This document shows, in pieces, positions 59,766 through 64,000 of a stretch of DNA of 64,000 bases. Both the position numbers and the translations under genes were made by a program. The stretch comes from Candidatus Latescibacterota bacterium (GTDB lineage: Bacteria; Latescibacterota; CBDEFO01): positions 704,001-768,000 of the forward strand of contig CBDEFO010000008.1 of the NCBI GenBank assembly GCA_965237525.1. Direction: 5' to 3'. Below the pieces are notes generated by a model, which saw nothing but the letters and a program-made list of their open reading frames with translations, had not been told where the DNA came from and searched no databases. The first letter of the stretch is position 1, and every line of letters begins with the position of its first letter.

Positions 59766-59957
59766 CGCCTACCTCCTTTTCTTAGTTGATCAAACCTAAA
59801 ACCCAGCTACATCTGTATCGCTTCCTCAACCGCAGGCTAAGGATAGCTTTATGATTATGACCTCAATTAGTGCAACAAAGTTTCAAGCTAAACCCGAATA
59901 ATTCACAAAAAAAGGCCGTGTATTAATTAAGGGATTGTATTGTTTAACCACCTTCGG

Positions 59958-60120
59958 TGTCCTTGCGAGCCGAAGGCGAAGCAATCCCCCCGATAGATTT
60001 AATCGGGGGTTACTGTGGTAGATGTAATACTCTCCGGCTCTCATAGGAGACCACTATAAAACCTTGAGATTGCTTCCCCGATAGACTCAATCGGGGACCG
60101 CTTTGCTCCTCGCAATGACT
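59958..60120. repeat. Composite palindromic intergenic element (GAAGCAATC...GAGATTGCTTC type) with two nested CCCCGAT..ATCGGGG hairpins
   Basis: cttgcgagccgaaggcgaagcaatc ... gagattgcttc ... ctcgcaatgac. Confidence 0.6.
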
Positions 60121-60145
60121 GCACCAAGTTTATGAATTAATCTAA

Positions 60146-62265
60146 CTAATAGACAACAGATACAGTCCCGGTCTTAGTCTCCTCCTCTTCCTGAGCCTCT
60201 ACCGATATGCGATAGACATGTATCCCGGGTGGAACAAGATTATCCTTATTGTCTCTCCCATCCCAATGCCGGCTATATTGTCCTACGGAGTCGTTCCCAG
60301 AATAGACTGTCTTTATATAAAGACACCGGAAAGATCGTATATTTCGATTGAGACAGGAACAGGAGCCGTCAGCCTCAAAATGGTATAAGATATGTTCAGT
60401 ACATCGTTGACACCGTCGCCATTCGGTGTAAAGGGATTTGGGGAGACCTCTGGTGAAGACAATATCGATTCGGCGAAAGGCGTTATTACCGTAAGGACAT
60501 CGCTTTCGATCTCATCTGCCGCGTTGCCAGGATTGATCCTCTGACGAACTTCGTGAGGGTTTGCGCTGTCGAACACCCTGCCGTCAAAAAAGGTCCCGCG
60601 CTCCCTCAAAACAGGAGCTTGGAACACTACTTCAACTGTGACTCCGCTGTCTCGTGTATCCAACTTCCTGGGCAATGTGACCTCAAAGCCTGAGCCGTCC
60701 TCCTTTATCGTCGTGTTGAAGTCGTCCTGATTGATTTCATCTACTCGAAGCGAATCCACCGAAGTAACCCCATAAGGTGTAGTGATCTCCAGGCTGTCGA
60801 ATCCTTTATCCACAGCTGCCATCGTTGCAGTGACAAAATAGGTGAACTTATGTGATACCTTCCCTATCTCTACTTCCGCAGGGAAGATCTCACCAACTAT
60901 CTGTCGAGCCGCAGGAGGCACAGAGGCCTTAAACTGTAAATACTTGATCCGGCTGCCATCGTTACCTTCGGAGGTAAAATCCACGCCGATCTGAAAGAAT
61001 TTGCGGGGACCAGGAGAGGCGATAGCCTCTCCCGGACTTTCAAACTTGTAAGGTGCAGACCAGAAGCTCCAGTTTTCCGAATCGTAAGTCACTGGACCCC
61101 GAACACTACTAGGGAGTAAGTCGTACTCACTTTTGTACTCCTTTGAGCTGAGGTCTTTTCCCCCCTTTTCGGGAGGCAAAACTACCGGCGTTTGCTGCTC
61201 AGGGTTGATTCTCCAGTAGACGTCCGGATGACGATCTGTCCCACTCCTGGTTCGGATCCTAGCCTCGGCCTTGGGATCACTACTGCCAGACCAGGTGATC
61301 TCGCCGAAACTGGCGATGTCGTCCATCTCAATTATGTCAGCTATATAAGAGGCTTCTTCTACAAAGCCCTGTCCCAAGACCTCAAACTCGGCGATCTCTA
61401 TCGTCTTCACAGATCGGGTATAGATCAACAACGCGACATAAGAGGTTTTCTCCGGCGGATCAAGCGGTATTATAACTTCAGGAAATATATTTACAACGCG
61501 CTCATGATCTGCACTGGCGCCAGATGGAAATCCAGATTGACCTATACGGCCCAGGTGAGTGTACTTGGCAAACTGTCGGAAGCTCGGGATGTAACCTGTT
61601 CCTCGACACAAGTGGGTCTCGATGAAATCCTCCGGGCGGCGGCCAAGGCTGGTACCCAATTCGTAGCCCTCTATGAAGTGGGTCTCATATTCCTCACCCT
61701 CAGGGGATATTCCACCACGAGTGTAGAATCTTACTTTATCAACGACAAATAGTCCGCCTAAGTATATAACTATCCGGTGAGGCGCACCATGACATCGTGC
61801 GCCCCCTCTTGCCCTCCTTGAGGCAGGCCAGACAAAAGCTGTGGTAGGATCCCCATCTATCATGTTATTCCCAATGTTGCCTTCGATTCCATATGCCTCA
61901 TTGTTGCCTAGACTCTCACTGCCTTGGGTACCTACGGCTACCCATCCACCTCCTCTGTCCAGAGCCGTTGCGGCTATGCTCTCACCCTCCCTGATAAACT
62001 TCGGTTGAATTGAACCGGCATCCGCTGCCTTCAGGGAGTCCGCATCCAGATTCGCCACCGACTCATAATTCAGCCAGCTGATCTCCTTGAGCTCAATCCC
62101 TATCCCCTGGAGACTGTCTCTTTCTGCAGGCGAAAAGGGCTTTCCGATTCTAAAGATAATCGCAGAAGAGGCGTCATCTAAAAAGATGGCGGTGACCATC
62201 AAAGCAAGAAGAATCAACCCTGTCAGCTTTGATAGAACACTGCTATTTCTTGTAAACCGGGGCAT
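60146..62265 (-). pseudogene. B-type FlgD-domain paralogue of 54595..56772, frameshifted by a 2-bp TA insertion near 60316
   Basis: ctttATATaaag versus ctttATaaag in the intact copy. The missing C-terminus (...KTGTVSVVY*) continues to the stop at 60146. Confidence 0.85.
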
Positions 62266-62666
62266 TGGTAATCACCCAATAAGAATTTTAATTAGTTTGC
62301 CCTTTATTGATTGACAGAACTTCATATCAGGATCTTCTGCTCTTTAGGTAAAAGCTAATTATGGGGTCAAAGTAGTCTGGAACAGATCATTGAGATACGA
62401 AATAGTACACCAACGAGGAAGAACAAACTTACGTGAGATTGCTTCGCCCACTTGGCCACTTCGCGGTTTCCTGGCACTTCGTCCCCCAGCAAACAGGGGC
62501 CGCAGCGGTGCACCCCTGCTCCGCCACAAAGCGCATCACGCAAGGCGCTTCAACCTTCGCTTTCAACCCGGATTTTTCATTTCATGATCGAATGGATTGC
62601 CGCCTCTTGTCTGTACTATCGCATCTCTCCATAGGCTCTCTGGCTAGAAGAACATTAGACGGAACG

Positions 62667-63674
62667 TTATGCCTTTCTCTCTCGTAATGGCGCGCTTTCC
62701 TGGTGCAGATGCTGCAGGATTTCCTTCACAGATTGAACGATTCCTGTCTCGTGATACGGGATGGAGTGTTCCTTACAGAACGCTTTGGCAATTTCCTGCG
62801 TTTCCTTCAGATTATTGCGCGGCATGTTGGGGAACAAGTGATGCTCAATCTGATAGTTGAGACACCCATACCAGAAATCAGTAAGAGGATGGCCTTTTAC
62901 ATTTCGAGCGGTTAGCACCTGACGCCGGAGAAAGTCCATCTCTTCGTTTTCGCGCACCATAAGCATACCTTTGTGATTGGGCGCAAAGACCGACCCCACA
63001 ATCAGACCCAATACTGCTTGGTTAATTATGATAAACAACACGGCGTGCCAAGCACTTAAGACAAAGAATAAGAAGCCAAAGTAGGCCGCGAAGTGGCACA
63101 TCATGAGCAGTGGTTCTGCTACAGGATATTTGATTTTGTTGGCAAATACGTATTGGATCCCTGCTAGCCGCAGGCCCAGTCCCTCGAGAAGCAACATCGG
63201 GTAAAAGAGGAAGGCCTGGTATTTTACGATGAACCTGAAAAACCCCTTCTTTTTAAGGGCCTGTTCCTTCGTGAAAGCCAGAACGGGAAAGTCTGCATCT
63301 GGGTCCAGAGCCAGGTGATTGGGATTGTTGTGATGGCGATTGTGCTTATCGATCCACCAGCTACGCTCAAAAGCCAACAAGAAGCAGACGGCAAGGCCTG
63401 CGATTTCATTGTTGCGGTCCGACCCAAAGATCTGCCTATGGCCTGCATCGTGGCCGATGAAACCTAACTGGGCGAAGACGAAGGCCAGAAAACCAGCATT
63501 TATGAGCTGCACCCAGAGGGTATCTACGAGTGCAAGGATTGTAAGGCTGAGGGCCAGCAGCCCTAAGGTTGAGAGTAGTTTATAGGTGTAGTAAGCGAGT
63601 TGCGTATCCAAGAGTCCGCGTTGTCTAACCAACTGTTTCAACTCTGCGTACTCGTTTATTGGCTGACGATCCAC
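62667..63674 (-). CDS. Membrane fatty acid (acyl-CoA) desaturase, delta6-like/DesA3-like
   Basis: His boxes HDAGH, HNRHH and QIEHHLFP. Confidence 0.9.
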   Translation of the reverse strand: MDRQPINEYAELKQLVRQRGLLDTQLAYYTYKLLSTLGLLALSLTILALVDTLWVQLINAGFLAFVFAQLGFIGHDAGHRQIFGSDRNNEIAGLAVCFLLAFERSWWIDKHNRHHNNPNHLALDPDADFPVLAFTKEQALKKKGFFRFIVKYQAFLFYPMLLLEGLGLRLAGIQYVFANKIKYPVAEPLLMMCHFAAYFGFLFFVLSAWHAVLFIIINQAVLGLIVGSVFAPNHKGMLMVRENEEMDFLRRQVLTARNVKGHPLTDFWYGCLNYQIEHHLFPNMPRNNLKETQEIAKAFCKEHSIPYHETGIVQSVKEILQHLHQESAPLRERKA

Positions 63675-64000
63675 CGGTTATTGGGACTGGTCAGCAGTGA
63701 GTCCGTCTTTTGTGAATCGAAGTGGAGACCGTTGGCTTGGGCTCCCAAGCTGAACGCTCTGTTTACTCTTGCTCTCAACGTCAAAGGATGAGTCTTTTTG
63801 TGTTGTCATAGTGGCCTATCCATGTTAACCGGAATTCCCCATTTCGGCCGCCCACGCCGATAGCAGGGCGCGAAGGGGGTGGTCCGAGTTTAATGCCGGG
63901 ACATTGTCATCACCCGAAAAGAATTTTTGATTAGGGTAATGCATAACTAAAGTTCCACTAACTCATGTCACTTACAGCCTGTTGATGCCCGATGGATTCA

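Noticed and set aside
38..63791. Numerous short plus-strand and nested ORFs in the track
   Set aside because: They are antisense or alternate-frame shadows of longer motif-bearing genes. Their recurrence only reflects the duplications.

Overview
Almost all genes lie on the minus strand, in three blocks. (1) 1-25.3 kb and 54.6-62.3 kb: lower-GC clusters of secreted or envelope proteins. They include eight paralogues (one frameshifted) ending in a TPNGDGxND FlgD-Ig/CHU_C-like domain, two ~930-aa acidic paralogues, a PpiC-type PPIase lipoprotein, a CBM9-like protein ending in TWGRIK, and DUF6785-like polytopic membrane proteins. This content suggests a Latescibacterota/Poribacteria-like organism (inference). 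(2) ~27-54.3 kb: a visibly higher-GC carbohydrate-degradation island. It holds six paralogous CBM+TIM-barrel glycoside-hydrolase-like genes (five in tandem), a GH123-like/HEAT fusion, a beta-propeller GH, a sugar isomerase, a DUF187-like GH and a MOSC protein. (3) A fatty-acid desaturase at the right end. One intact and one eroded IS1182-like element are present. Two patterns stand out. First, tandem paralogues in three unrelated families are near-identical over >1 kb yet hypervariable in short, probably ligand-contacting patches, with no reverse transcriptase or adenine bias. Second, a 27-bp palindrome occurs in-frame inside signal peptides and has matching empty sites. Several frameshifts may be long-read consensus errors. 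No rRNA, tRNA or CRISPR was seen. All family calls come from motif recognition by eye, not database searches.
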